DNA of 64,000 nt from NCBI RefSeq assembly GCF_018977255.1, contig NW_024704742.1, positions 47,122,001 to 47,186,000 of the forward strand, given 5' to 3'. The position numbers and the translations under genes are program-made. Positions 62,941 through 64,000 of the stretch are shown one piece after another. Positions within the stretch are counted from its first letter, which is position 1, and each line of letters opens with the position of its first letter. This DNA comes from Callorhinchus milii (Eukaryota). The notes under the pieces are model-generated. The model had not been told where the DNA came from. It saw only the letters and a list, made by a program, of their open reading frames with translations, and did not search any database.

Positions 62941-64000
62941 CCAATGAAAAGATCATTAAGTATGTGCGGTCTGTTCTCCCCCTCCTTTGCAATCAATTTA
63001 TTTCTATTGCTATCTGTTTCTCTCTTTTTACTGCAGATTTTTTTTATCACTTATTCTGTTGCAGATGGTTTCTCTCTTTCTCTCTCTTTGCCTTTTTCTC
63101 TCTCTGCAGTTTGTTTGTTCTCACTCTCTATTGCTATCTTTTCCCTCTATTCCTCCTGAGACCCCCCCAGGGGTAAAACCTCAGCTGATCTTTTTAATAT
63201 TAGATTTTGGCATTCTTAAATTTTGTCATACCCAGAAATATTTGCTTACTAATTGACTGAGAGAGTAATTTCCAGAGAGTAATGAAGTACTGTACTGCTT
63301 TATATTTAAATTTATGAATTACTGTCAGTTTAATAGAATGTATTTGGCCTCCGAGTGATATCATCAAATGTTTCTAGAACTCTAAATCCAATTTGGTTGT
63401 ATTCATTGCTACATCATAGTTTATTCTGACTGCCTCTGTCAGCCTCTGTTAGTTTTGGGGTCAGACATATTTACATATAGTATTTAATTTTACTATTTTC
63501 ATACAGTGTTACTCCAAATTCTTTTTTTGTACATTGACTGACAAGTCCATTTTAGACATCGTCTGAAGTCAGATTTCATCATCTGAAGTCAGAGCAAAAC
63601 AGCTTACAGTTTCTTGAACTGCAAGATACTCTTTTGATTAGATAGCAGCAAATTTGTAACTGTGTTCATCCAAAAGCAAACCTCATCGTATTTTTTTTAA
63701 AAATCAAGCAATTTATGCAACCTGGGTTGCTCAACTCAATCGTGCTGAAAAAATGCTGAATACTATTTCTCATCTGCATGCTTCCACTTGAGTAAATGGT
63801 ATAATAATCCTTGCTTTATCATGTTTCAATTCATAGCACTTTTGCTTCTGAGTCAGAAGGTTGTGTGTTTACCCATGTTAGGACTTTGAGCTCATACTGT
63901 AGGTGGCACCAGTGCAATGCTAGTGGAGAGCTGTATTGTTGGAGGTGGTTATATTTTGCCCACAAAATGCCCAGTGAATCCACCTTACACTATATTCTGT

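Noticed and set aside
57200..64000. PGM2 exons expected from human synteny
   Set aside because: No PGM2-like coding sequence recognised in this interval.

Overview
Vertebrate genomic DNA, not prokaryotic. The repeat landscape (dense L2 and CR1 LINE fragments, Deu-core tRNA SINEs, a Penelope-type palindrome) suggests a cartilaginous fish, possibly a chimaera; this is inference. Two convergent genes can be reconstructed by hand from GT-AG junctions and frame continuity. C4orf19/PGCKA1 is on + (coding exons 15319-15350 and 15675-16638, 331 aa, MGCRCC N-terminus, ALAALEAATAGED C-terminus). RELL1 is on - (7 coding exons from 56403 down to 28153, 268 aa, ~3.9 kb repeat-free 3'UTR, CpG-island promoter at ~56.1-57.2 kb). 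This is the same tail-to-tail pair as in human. Most other long ORFs in the track are L2/CR1 remnants or translated simple repeats. The most interesting unexplained items are: (i) a ~680 bp headless, A-tailed, hairpin-rich repeat in 5 copies with an LF-SINE-like core; (ii) a palindromic element with hammerhead-ribozyme cores on both strands next to RELL1 exon 2; (iii) a SINE/L2 shared 3' stem-loop with loop variants; (iv) three minisatellites, two with a visible origin; (v) a signal-peptide-less RELL1 with two possible C-termini, and a possible N-extended C4orf19. Repeat boundaries are approximate. Family names come from recalled consensus sequences, not database searches.
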